Shown here: one piece after another, positions 1 to 8,222 of the stretch | How positions within the stretch are numbered: position 1 is the first letter of the stretch | How the letters are laid out: every line of letters begins with the position of its first letter | From: Myxococcales bacterium | GTDB lineage: Bacteria; Myxococcota; Myxococcia; Myxococcales; 40CM-4-68-19 | Length of the DNA stretch: 64,000 bases | Assembly: GCA_038231075.1 (NCBI GenBank) | Contig: JBBRMA010000015.1 | Span: 35,904 to 99,903 of the forward strand | Reading direction: 5' to 3' | Made by a program: the position numbers and the translations under genes | The notes under the pieces: generated by a model | Seen by the model: only the letters and a program-made list of their open reading frames with translations | Told to the model about the DNA's origin: nothing | Database searches by the model: none

Positions 1-318
1 CCGACCTTTGCCGGCGGCTGGTGCTGCACCTTCTGCCTCGCGCTCTTGATACCGCGCTGCCGGGAAATGCCCGACGGGGCTCTGCGCAAGGGATGCCAAT
101 TGGTGGCGCGCTATTCCTATGGAATCTATCTCTCGCATTTCGTGCTCATCTGGCTCGCGTTCGGCGCCGGCTCCGCGCTGCCAGCAGCGGCGCGCTGGGC
201 AATTTTTCTAGTCACGCTGCTCACCGTGCCGGTGGCCCTCTACCACTTCATCGAGGCGCCGATGATCGCGGTCGGCGCCCGGCTGGCCGCGCGTCGCCGC
301 TCCTCTTCGCGGGTCTGA
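1..318 (+). CDS. acyltransferase-3 (AT3) family membrane O-acyltransferase, C-terminal fragment (5' end outside window)
   Basis: Frame 1 is open from base 1 to the stop at 316-318. The hydrophobic tail carries an 'YGIYLSHF' motif typical of the last helices of AT3 acyltransferases. Confidence 0.55.
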   Translation, partial: PTFAGGWCCTFCLALLIPRCREMPDGALRKGCQLVARYSYGIYLSHFVLIWLAFGAGSALPAAARWAIFLVTLLTVPVALYHFIEAPMIAVGARLAARRRSSSRV

Positions 319-354
319 ACCCCCTCGTCGATTCACTCGTGCCGGTGACCTAGT

Positions 355-2355
355 CTAATGCACCGGTCCCGGCGCCTCGTCCCGCGGCGACGCGCTGGAG
401 GCGTCCATCGCGCGAAGCACGGCCGCCCGCAGGCGATCGCTCGCCAGCGAAGCTCCATATTCCGAGAGATGATCGTTGTCGGCGTAGAGGATTCGATCGC
501 CGTCGATGAAGCGGCCGCGGTCATCGCCTCTCAGATAGAGATCGGTGACCTCCACCAACTCGGCGTTCGAGAGCTTCTTGACGACCGTGGCGGCGAGCGC
601 ATTGCCCGCCCTCCACTCGTCGGGCGAACCGATGGGAAGGGTCGGTTGCAGCGAGCCGCGAGCTCGCAGCTCGGCGGCGATGTGCAGCGCGTTCCGGCCC
701 CCATAGAACATCACCGGCGGTTGGGAAACGACGACCATCCGCGTCCCGAGCTTGCCCAGCATCGAGACGAACTCGGTCAAGCGGGCCTCATTGAGCTCCC
801 AGACGTCCCAGCGGACCAAGAGGAGGATCAGGCGCGGCTTCCACTCCTGGAGAAAGCGCAATCGGGCCGCGTCGAAGTCGTATTTCTGATCAGCGGTGAA
901 GTGCGTGGTGGCACGACGCTCGGGCTGTGGCGAGAAGACGGCGGGCGTGCCGTCGGCGCCATAGAACGAGACCGTCAGGCGCTGCTCTTTGCAGATGGCG
1001 TCGACGATGCTCGACCACATCAGCGCGTGAGAGTCCCCGATCACCACCACTTGCGGGACGGGGGGGCCATATCGTTTGATGATCCCTCCCGTCTTGTACG
1101 CATCCGAGGTCAAGTGTTCACGCAGCGGAGCGACGAGCCCCACCGTCCCTTCGTCGACGACACCCGCCCACGGTTTTTGCACCGGGATGGTGTCGTACTT
1201 CCGGCCATTCCACTCGACGGGAGCAAATCCCCCCAGGTCATAGCGGTGCGTGCCAAAGTAATCAAAGGCCGAGACCGCCAGCACTGATCCCACCGCGGCA
1301 GAGACATAGGGAATCCAAAGCCGCTCCGTGCGCCCGATTCTCTCGACCAGGTGATAGGAGAGCAACCCTAGCGCGAAGACAAGGGCGGCGACGGCCGGGA
1401 GGGGGACAACCGCCGGGGAGATGGTGCGCGCGGCAGCGACCAGGACGATCACGGGCCAGTGCCAGAGATAGAGTGAGTAGGACGCCTTTCCGAGATAGAC
1501 AATCACCGGATTGGAGAGCAAGAACCCTGGCGCGGGTGGAAGCTGCTCGCCGAAAGCAATGATCGCAGCCGCCGAGACCACGGGCAGCAGCGTGGCATAC
1601 CCTGGATAGGTATGCGCTCCATTGATGAGGAGACAAGAGGCGGCGATGCCGGCGATTCCGGCGAGGAAGAGGAGGGGCCCGAAGCGCCAGGATTGCCACC
1701 TGGAAGGTGACTTCGAGCGATGAATCGCAAGCACGCAACCGAACCCCAGTTCCCAGGCGCGCGAGGGCAACAGGTAGAACGCTGCGGGCGGGTGCCGGTG
1801 CGACAGGTAGAGGCAGAGCGCCAGGCTCGAGAGCGTCGCGGCGCAAAGCAGCGGCTGAAGCTGGCGGCGCGCCAGCCGATGGATCAGATAGAGAGAAACC
1901 GGATAGAGGAGATAGAACTGCTCCTCCACCGAGAGCGACCACATGTGTAAGAGAGGTTGCTCGTGGGCCTGCGGGCCCCAATAGTTCCCCGCGGCCTGCC
2001 AGAAGAACAAATTCGCCCAGGACAACATCGACGCTGCGCCTTGCCGGCCAAGGTTCTTCAGCTCCGAGGCGAGCAAGAGCAGACGGCCGGCGGCGAGCGT
2101 GCAGAGGAGCATGGTGGCGAGCGCAGGCACCAGCCGGCGGATGCGGCGCAGCCAGAAGGCGCGGAGCGTGAAGGTGCCGGTCTCGAGGTCCTTGATGAGA
2201 ATCGAGGTGATCAAGAAGCCGGAGATGACGAAGAAGACGTCGACGCCGACGAAGCCACCCGACATCCACGGGACGCCGAGGTGGAAGAGGATCACAGGGA
2301 GCACGGCGATTGCGCGCAGCCCGTCGATCTCGGGTCGGTAGTTGATCTTCGACAT
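355..2355 (-). CDS. AT3 acyltransferase fused to a C-terminal SGNH-like domain (OafA/OatA-type polysaccharide O-acetyltransferase)
   Basis: 666 aa. N-terminal 'EIDGLRAIAVLPVILFHL...FFVISGFLIT' AT3 signature and about 10 hydrophobic helices. The C-terminal ~300 aa soluble part includes 'VVVIGDSHA', resembling SGNH block I. Confidence 0.85.
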   Translation of the reverse strand: MSKINYRPEIDGLRAIAVLPVILFHLGVPWMSGGFVGVDVFFVISGFLITSILIKDLETGTFTLRAFWLRRIRRLVPALATMLLCTLAAGRLLLLASELKNLGRQGAASMLSWANLFFWQAAGNYWGPQAHEQPLLHMWSLSVEEQFYLLYPVSLYLIHRLARRQLQPLLCAATLSSLALCLYLSHRHPPAAFYLLPSRAWELGFGCVLAIHRSKSPSRWQSWRFGPLLFLAGIAGIAASCLLINGAHTYPGYATLLPVVSAAAIIAFGEQLPPAPGFLLSNPVIVYLGKASYSLYLWHWPVIVLVAAARTISPAVVPLPAVAALVFALGLLSYHLVERIGRTERLWIPYVSAAVGSVLAVSAFDYFGTHRYDLGGFAPVEWNGRKYDTIPVQKPWAGVVDEGTVGLVAPLREHLTSDAYKTGGIIKRYGPPVPQVVVIGDSHALMWSSIVDAICKEQRLTVSFYGADGTPAVFSPQPERRATTHFTADQKYDFDAARLRFLQEWKPRLILLLVRWDVWELNEARLTEFVSMLGKLGTRMVVVSQPPVMFYGGRNALHIAAELRARGSLQPTLPIGSPDEWRAGNALAATVVKKLSNAELVEVTDLYLRGDDRGRFIDGDRILYADNDHLSEYGASLASDRLRAAVLRAMDASSASPRDEAPGPVH

Positions 2356-2359
2356 CGGG

Positions 2360-5077
2360 CTACCTCGCTCCGACCAGGGTCACGACGCTCGTCGGCGGGA
2401 GGGTGGCCGTGAAGCGACCTTGCGCGATCTCGATCGGCGCCTGCGGGCCCAGGTTCTGCGAGGCGGTCGTCAGCCAGGGCACGACCCGGCTCGCCGTCGC
2501 GCCTTCCAAGCTCACGGACAACTCAACCTCGGCGCCTGACTCATTGATGGCCACGACGACGAAGGCGTTGGGCGCCAGGCCCTTATAGGCGGAGATCAAG
2601 ACGTCGGGCGCGCCGCCCGTGGCCCCGATGCGCACGAAACCGGGGCGGATGAACTTGCTGTAGTTGCCTAGAGTATAGAGTCGCTTTGGTAGTGAGCCGT
2701 CCTTGTTGATCAGGCCTTCGTTGTTCTTGTTGTTGCTGAACAGCCACCAATAGTGCCATGCGCTCGCGGAGCCCGTGACGATCGCGGCGTGGATCCACTT
2801 CGCAACGCGCACGCCGTTCTCGATGTCGGTGCTCGGGCCGTCAAAGCTCGCCATCTCCGTCTGCCAGAGCGGCTTGCCCTTGGGGAGGGGATGGTTGACG
2901 ACCTCGTTGTCGTATTGGTGCGTTCCAATGATATCGAGGTAACCGAGCGCCGCCGGATCGGCGAGGATGGCGCTCATATAGTCGATCTCTCTCCATAGAT
3001 TGTGCCAGCCCGACGGCTCCGGTGCCATCAGCTTGGGCCTGGGGTTCAGGACCGCCAGCTTCGGCCCCAGCACCTTGATGAAGTCGCGCATCTCGGAGGC
3101 GCTGTAGAGGCACATGTCATAGGCGCCCTTGGTGTCGTGGTCCGGCTCGTTCTGGACCGAGACGGCATACAGGTCCACGCCCGTGCGCGCCTTCAGCTGC
3201 AGGCCGAAGGCAGCGAGCAGCGTCGCCCATTCTTCACGGGCCGCGGGCCGCAGGCCGCCCGAGCTCTCCTTGCCGGTGGTCTTCCAGGCCTCGTTCGGCG
3301 ACCAGGGCGAGCCCCAGACCCTTGCGCCGCGCGCGGCGGCCTTGGCGGCATTGCCCCAGGCGTCGCGTCCGTATTGCCCCTCCGACTCGATCACCACCCG
3401 AAGCAGCGAAAGCCCGATCCCCTTGGAGGGGCTGAAGAACAGGTCCGCCTGCGCGTCGTCGAAGAGGCCGTGGAATGCATCGGAGGCGCCGAAGCCGTCG
3501 ATGGTCTGGTGGAGGTCGGCAAAGTCCAGGCGAAGGTCGGCGCGCGTGCGCGGCGCGGCCTCGCCGCCCTGGCTCGTCGCCAGCATTCTCAGGGGAACGG
3601 TCTCGACCAGGGCCTCGCTCAGTATTGAAGCGGGAGGATCGGGCGGGCCGAGGCGATAGCGAACGCGATAGACTCTTGCTTCAGTCGTCGCCGCTCGCAA
3701 CTCGGCCGTCTCGGCTTGCCAGAGCCTGCGGGCGAGGCCGATTGAGAGCTCGTGAAAGCTGCCCGGATCGGTCTCCGCTGCTGCGCTCTTCACGAGATTC
3801 CAAAGCAGCCCCGAATTTCCAAAGGCCTTGTTGTAGGCAGCAAGGCTCACGCGCGCCTCACCGCCCGGCAGCGCCCAGCGCGCTTCCCAAAGCTCGAAGA
3901 GCCCCGGCGTGGGATAGGCGAACGTAGGGTAGGAAGCAAAGGGCCATTCCAACCTCCAGCCGGCGAGGCGCGAGATGGCGCGGCTCGCCGGCGGGGGCAG
4001 GCGGCTGACCAGCCCGGGCGTCTCATTGGCCAGGAACATGACGCTGCTGACGAGCAGTTGGCACACCAGCAGGCCGATCCCGAGCGGATGAAGCAGGCTG
4101 GCGGCAGGCGCGGGCGATGGCTCTCGCGGGCTGTCGGGCGGGCCCTGTTTCGCAGTGAGTATTCCCATCCGCCGACCGAGCGATGACCAATCAATCAAGC
4201 AGACATAGACGGGAATCAAGGTGGTGAACCAGATGTGGAGGAGCAACCCATTGCCGAGGTGAAAACCAATTCCAATCAACGCCAACCAGGGCCGTGGCCG
4301 GCGGAACAAGACGATCAAGAGGAAGCCGATCTCGAAGGCGATGACACTGACTCCAAAGGCCGCCAGCATCCAGGAGGGCAACAGATCGGCCCGCAGTGGA
4401 GGCTCTGCGCCGGGAACGAAGAGGGTCAATTCGAACCACTTGAGCCAGAGGACGTGGCGCAGGTTGTCGGCAGAAGCCCAGCCACCGGTGAACGTCTTGA
4501 GGAGCTTTGCAACCCCGGGCGTCAAGTAAAGCAATCCGAGCAGGAGCCAGACATAGCGAAGGGTAAAGAGCGCGGCAAACGATTGGATGGGCGCCTGACC
4601 CTCGGGCGCCTTGGTCCTTCGGAGCGAGTCGACCGAGAGGAGCTGGCCCGAAGGGCCCGCGGCCAAGAGCGCGAGGAACCAGATGACGTGATGGAAATTG
4701 TCGATCTTGCCCTGGTTCTCGGGCAGGCCGAAGAGATAGGTGGAGAGGACGAAGGCGAGGGTGAGCGAGGTCCTGGTAAAGAGCCCGATCAGCCCCAGGA
4801 AGACGAGCACCAGGTTCAAGAGCGCGAGCGCCTTGGCCAGCCCCGGGTTGCCGAGGATTTCGTAGGGGATGAGTTGATAGTACGAGATCGGCGCCCAAAC
4901 CCGGCGGGGAAGCCCCGGCAGGATCTCGAGCACCCAGCCCAGGTTGCGCAGGGCCCAAGGCAGGACGACCGCCCCGATGAACACGATCCGGAAGAGCCCG
5001 AGGTTGAGTGCCCATCCTCGCGGCGAGGTCGCCCGCTCGTCGGCGCGGAACCACGAGGCCAGCGTCGTCAGCCGCAT
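2360..5077 (-). CDS. fusion protein: N-terminal HTTM-like polytopic membrane domain + linker + C-terminal glycoside hydrolase family 30 domain
   Basis: 905 aa. The N-terminal ~300 aa (about 4190-5077) is multi-TM with 'LGLFRIVFIG', 'NFHHVIWFLALLAAGPSGQLLSVDSL' and 'CLIDW', resembling HTTM / vitamin-K carboxylase-like domains. The C-terminal ~390 aa (2360 to ~3545) has GH30 hallmarks: 'IDGFGASD', the 'SVQNEPD' acid/base motif and the 'WQTEMAS' nucleophile motif. A purine-rich RBS (GGAAGGA) lies upstream of the ATG at 5077. Confidence 0.85.
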   Translation of the reverse strand: MRLTTLASWFRADERATSPRGWALNLGLFRIVFIGAVVLPWALRNLGWVLEILPGLPRRVWAPISYYQLIPYEILGNPGLAKALALLNLVLVFLGLIGLFTRTSLTLAFVLSTYLFGLPENQGKIDNFHHVIWFLALLAAGPSGQLLSVDSLRRTKAPEGQAPIQSFAALFTLRYVWLLLGLLYLTPGVAKLLKTFTGGWASADNLRHVLWLKWFELTLFVPGAEPPLRADLLPSWMLAAFGVSVIAFEIGFLLIVLFRRPRPWLALIGIGFHLGNGLLLHIWFTTLIPVYVCLIDWSSLGRRMGILTAKQGPPDSPREPSPAPAASLLHPLGIGLLVCQLLVSSVMFLANETPGLVSRLPPPASRAISRLAGWRLEWPFASYPTFAYPTPGLFELWEARWALPGGEARVSLAAYNKAFGNSGLLWNLVKSAAAETDPGSFHELSIGLARRLWQAETAELRAATTEARVYRVRYRLGPPDPPASILSEALVETVPLRMLATSQGGEAAPRTRADLRLDFADLHQTIDGFGASDAFHGLFDDAQADLFFSPSKGIGLSLLRVVIESEGQYGRDAWGNAAKAAARGARVWGSPWSPNEAWKTTGKESSGGLRPAAREEWATLLAAFGLQLKARTGVDLYAVSVQNEPDHDTKGAYDMCLYSASEMRDFIKVLGPKLAVLNPRPKLMAPEPSGWHNLWREIDYMSAILADPAALGYLDIIGTHQYDNEVVNHPLPKGKPLWQTEMASFDGPSTDIENGVRVAKWIHAAIVTGSASAWHYWWLFSNNKNNEGLINKDGSLPKRLYTLGNYSKFIRPGFVRIGATGGAPDVLISAYKGLAPNAFVVVAINESGAEVELSVSLEGATASRVVPWLTTASQNLGPQAPIEIAQGRFTATLPPTSVVTLVGAR

Positions 5078-5137
5078 GGGCGCGAGTCCTTCCTTCTTCC
5101 TGGAGCGGGCGGCGAGGGGAGGGCGGCGGGCACTTGG

Positions 5138-5154
5138 GTTGAGTTCAACTCAAC
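5138..5154. promoter_or_regulatory. AT-rich perfect 8-1-8 palindrome GTTGAGTTcAACTCAAC in the 84-bp gap upstream of the HTTM-GH30 gene
   Basis: Read directly. The arms GTTGAGTT / AACTCAAC are exact reverse complements. It is conspicuous against the GC-rich background. Candidate operator, or weak hairpin after the upstream gene. Confidence 0.3.
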
Positions 5155-5161
5155 TGCAACT

Positions 5162-6313
5162 CTATTGATAGATCTTTTCCATCGCCGCGGCCCACTGCAT
5201 GCGCAGCACCTCCTGGCCGGCCGAGTTGGGATGGACGTCGCCCGAGGGAATCAAGTCGGTGCGGTTGAGAAAGGCCGCCCAGAGGTCGGGGCCGCGGACC
5301 ACTTGCGGGTACTTGGTGTAGAGCGCGTCGATCTGGGCGTTGAGGGCCGGGCCCAGGGTCAGGCGCTGGTCCGACCAGGGCATGTGCGGGACCACCGGGA
5401 TCTTGCCGGCGGCGATCACCTTGGTGATCAAGCTCTCCATCTGGAACTGATCTGATTTGTCGTTGGTGCCGTAGTCGAGCGCGACGAAGCGGCCCGGGAA
5501 GTTGGCCATGGTGGCGTCGATGGCCGCCACCGCGTTCACGGTGCTGGTCCCGCCGATGGCGGCGTCGATGATCGCCGGGTAATAGGAGGGCTTGTCGGTG
5601 TGCACCAGCTTCGGCAGGTCGCTGAAGGCGCGCGGCAGCGAGATGAAGGTGATCGAGTCACCCAGGAAGAGCCATGAGTCCGAGGGTCCCGAGGGAGTGC
5701 CGTGCACGTCGAGGTCGATGCCGACGTTGTTCGGGTCGCTCGCCTTGGTGACTTTCATGCGGACCCAGTTGGCTCCATTCAGCGCCACGAGGTGGTGCCT
5801 GCCGCTGTTGACGTTGCCGGTGACGGTCGCCGCCTGCGTCCAGCCGGTGGCAGGAGCAGGGCCACCTCCGGCCGCGCTGTTGATCTCGATGGTGTAGTCC
5901 TCCGGCAGGTTCATGAAGGGTGCCGGAGTGTTGATGAAATCCTCGGTGCGGTAGGCGTACCAGGCGACCAGCACGCTCTGCCGCGACGCCGCCGACGCGC
6001 CCGACAGATCGTAGGCGAGCCAGGCGGGCAGCGAGGCCGAGACCCAGCTGGTGGCGGGGTTCCCATCGTTCGCTTTCTCGGGACCCGCCGAGGTGTTGCT
6101 GCTGCTGGAGGCAAACGCTGGGACGCCCAGGCTGAGGATGGGCATCGGCGGCGTCGCGTTCACGCAGGCCCCGGCGGCGTTGCAGGTGCTCGCGGCGCCG
6201 GTGCAGTCGGCGTTGCTGTGGCAGCCGGCCGACTTGGTTCCACCGCCGCAGCCGGTGAGGAGCGCGAACAGCGCGCCGAGCGAGGCGAGGTACCGCAGGT
6301 CATTGGCATCCAC
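5162..6313 (-). CDS. lipoprotein with discoidin (F5/8 type C)-like carbohydrate-binding domain and SGNH/GDSL hydrolase domain
   Basis: 383 aa. Lipobox 'LLTGC'. 'NDGNPATSWVS...WLAYDL' is discoidin-like. SGNH blocks are present: 'FLGDSIT' (I), 'DYGTNDK' (III) and 'GDVHPN' (V). Confidence 0.8.
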   Translation of the reverse strand: MDANDLRYLASLGALFALLTGCGGGTKSAGCHSNADCTGAASTCNAAGACVNATPPMPILSLGVPAFASSSSNTSAGPEKANDGNPATSWVSASLPAWLAYDLSGASAASRQSVLVAWYAYRTEDFINTPAPFMNLPEDYTIEINSAAGGGPAPATGWTQAATVTGNVNSGRHHLVALNGANWVRMKVTKASDPNNVGIDLDVHGTPSGPSDSWLFLGDSITFISLPRAFSDLPKLVHTDKPSYYPAIIDAAIGGTSTVNAVAAIDATMANFPGRFVALDYGTNDKSDQFQMESLITKVIAAGKIPVVPHMPWSDQRLTLGPALNAQIDALYTKYPQVVRGPDLWAAFLNRTDLIPSGDVHPNSAGQEVLRMQWAAAMEKIYQ

Positions 6314-6364
6314 CGAAGCCTCCTGGCAATTGCATTGGCCGCGCCGACGATATCAAAAGCGGGG

Positions 6365-7975
6365 TCACCTTCCCGAGGCCTGCGCCTGCACGGCTTCATC
6401 TCGCCGGGCGTCGCCGGGCCGCGGCCTGCGTTTTCGCGCTGGCCAGGCGCCGCTCGCCACCGCCAGCTTGCCCACCAGCGCCAGCGCGGGGCAGACGGTG
6501 AACACCGCGGTCCACGAGCTCTGCCCCATGTCGCCGTAGATGGAGTTGATGTACGCGATCAGCGTGCCGATGGCCCAGAGCGCGATGGCGCGGTCGAGCG
6601 GGACTTCCGAGGCGCGGTAGGCGCGGGCGGCGAGGAAGACGCCCATCACGAGGCAGCACCACATCAGGCTGAAGCCGATCAGGCCCGCGTAGGAGAGGAA
6701 GCCGAGCACGCTGTTGTGGGGCACCAGCCGGTAGAGCGGGAACGCGGTCGAGACGTCGGGCAGCTTGTAGTCTTCGCGGTACTCGTGGCCCAGGCCGCTG
6801 CCGAGCAGCGGGTGTTCGATGATGTTGTCGACCAGGTTCAGGTTCTCCATGTCGCGCCACATGGTCGAGCCGTCCGACTTGGAGTCGAGGATCGAGCGCA
6901 CCGTCTTCACCGGCGCAAAGACGCCACCGCCGCCCGAGTTCCAGCCGATGGCCAGGTAGATCGCGAACACCGGCAAGCCTGCGAGCAGGGTCCGCGCCAC
7001 CGCCCGCCGCAGCCGGGTCCAGGGGCTGATGGCGTAGAAGGCGATGGCGATCAGCGCCACCTCGACCCAGGCGACGCGCCGGTGGTTGGCCCACATGCCG
7101 ACGCAGATGATTCCCGCGCAGACGAGCAGCAGGGCGAGGAACCCGCGCCGGCCCTTGCCCACCCGCTCGTTGATCAGCGCCAGGATGAGTCCGATGGCTC
7201 CGGCGAAGAGCATGGAGTCGCCGTGGGTGGTGGCGTAGCCGAGCATGGTCTCGCCCTTGGGGGGAGTGACCGTCTTCTGGATGTAGAGCGCCAAAAGCGA
7301 CTTGACCACGGCGGCCCCGATCATGACCTTGGCGATGGCCGCGTGGTCCCTTGGCCCCCGCAGCGCCGCGTGGCAGACGAAGAAGAGCAGCGGCACGTAG
7401 AGCAGCTTGTGGATCTGCAGCAGCGAATTTCCGAAGTTGCCGCCGCGCGCGATCCCGTAGCCCCAGACCCAGAGCGTCCCGGCCAGGGTGGCCAGGACCG
7501 CGAACGCCATCACGTTGGCCGTCTGCACCTGTCCAGAGGTGTCGAGCGTCGAGCCCCGACTCCGCCGCCAGGCCAGCGCTGCCACCAGGAAGAGGACCAG
7601 CATGTCGACGCCGGTCAGGACCAGCGCGCGCGGGCCGAACACGTCGTTCCACTTCGACAGCATCAGCTGGCCGACGATGTAGATCGGCGACCTCCAGGCG
7701 CCGTTGGCCGGGATCTCGTTCGGGCTCTCGAGGGTGAGCCCGAGGAAGATGAGCAAGAGCAGCGTGTCGCGGACCGGGCGCTTCCAGATCACCCAGAGGG
7801 CGGCAAACCCCAGGGGCACCGCGGCTCCCGCCGCCACGTTGCCGTTGCCGAGGATGGTGAGCGTGATGGTCGCGACGCCCATCAACGTGCAGAGGGCGGC
7901 GAGCCCGCGCCAGCTCGCCGGCGCGGGGACTGCCGAGAGGTCCTGATCGGGCGAGGCTGAAGCGAGCGAGCCCAT
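6365..7975 (-). CDS. Wzy-type polysaccharide polymerase / O-antigen ligase-family membrane protein
   Basis: 536 aa with at least 10 hydrophobic helices. It has a 'PHNSVLGFLSYAGLIGF' motif like the Wzy_C (O-antigen ligase) domain signature and a large loop before it. Confidence 0.75.
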   Translation of the reverse strand: MGSLASASPDQDLSAVPAPASWRGLAALCTLMGVATITLTILGNGNVAAGAAVPLGFAALWVIWKRPVRDTLLLLIFLGLTLESPNEIPANGAWRSPIYIVGQLMLSKWNDVFGPRALVLTGVDMLVLFLVAALAWRRSRGSTLDTSGQVQTANVMAFAVLATLAGTLWVWGYGIARGGNFGNSLLQIHKLLYVPLLFFVCHAALRGPRDHAAIAKVMIGAAVVKSLLALYIQKTVTPPKGETMLGYATTHGDSMLFAGAIGLILALINERVGKGRRGFLALLLVCAGIICVGMWANHRRVAWVEVALIAIAFYAISPWTRLRRAVARTLLAGLPVFAIYLAIGWNSGGGGVFAPVKTVRSILDSKSDGSTMWRDMENLNLVDNIIEHPLLGSGLGHEYREDYKLPDVSTAFPLYRLVPHNSVLGFLSYAGLIGFSLMWCCLVMGVFLAARAYRASEVPLDRAIALWAIGTLIAYINSIYGDMGQSSWTAVFTVCPALALVGKLAVASGAWPARKRRPRPGDARRDEAVQAQASGR

Positions 7976-7980
7976 GGCGG

Positions 7981-8151
7981 TCAGAAGAGCTTGAAGTAGA
8001 GGAAGCGGAGGGCGAGCAGATAGAAGAAGTTGAAGGCGATGATGTAGAAGACGACCTTCTTGAAGGCCTTGGCGGGGCTCCGCTCCCGCGCCGCCCAGAT
8101 GGGGATGGCGAAGGTGGCAAAGACGATCGACAGCAGCAGCATCTTCTGCAT
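7981..8151 (-). CDS. 56-aa two-helix membrane mini-protein (below the ORF-track length cut-off), 5 nt upstream of the Wzy-like gene
   Basis: Hand translation gives MQKMLLLSIVFATFAIPIWAARERSPAKAFKKVVFYIIAFNFFYLLALRFLYFKLF*. Two hydrophobic segments flank a basic loop. Third codon positions are almost all G/C, as in the real genes here. The stop is at 7981-7983 and the Wzy ATG at 7975. Confidence 0.5.
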   Translation of the reverse strand: MQKMLLLSIVFATFAIPIWAARERSPAKAFKKVVFYIIAFNFFYLLALRFLYFKLF

Positions 8152-8222
8152 CGGACGGGGCTTACTCTAGCACCGAGCCGGGCCCGGCGCGGAGTGGTGG
8201 GCCGGCGCCGCCGTGCTACTCT

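Noticed and set aside
5702-7960. 752-aa plus-strand ORF antisense to the SGNH lipoprotein and the Wzy-like gene
   Set aside because: It is highly charged and Arg/Gly/Asp-rich, with no TM segments or motifs. The opposite strand encodes a convincing polytopic membrane protein.
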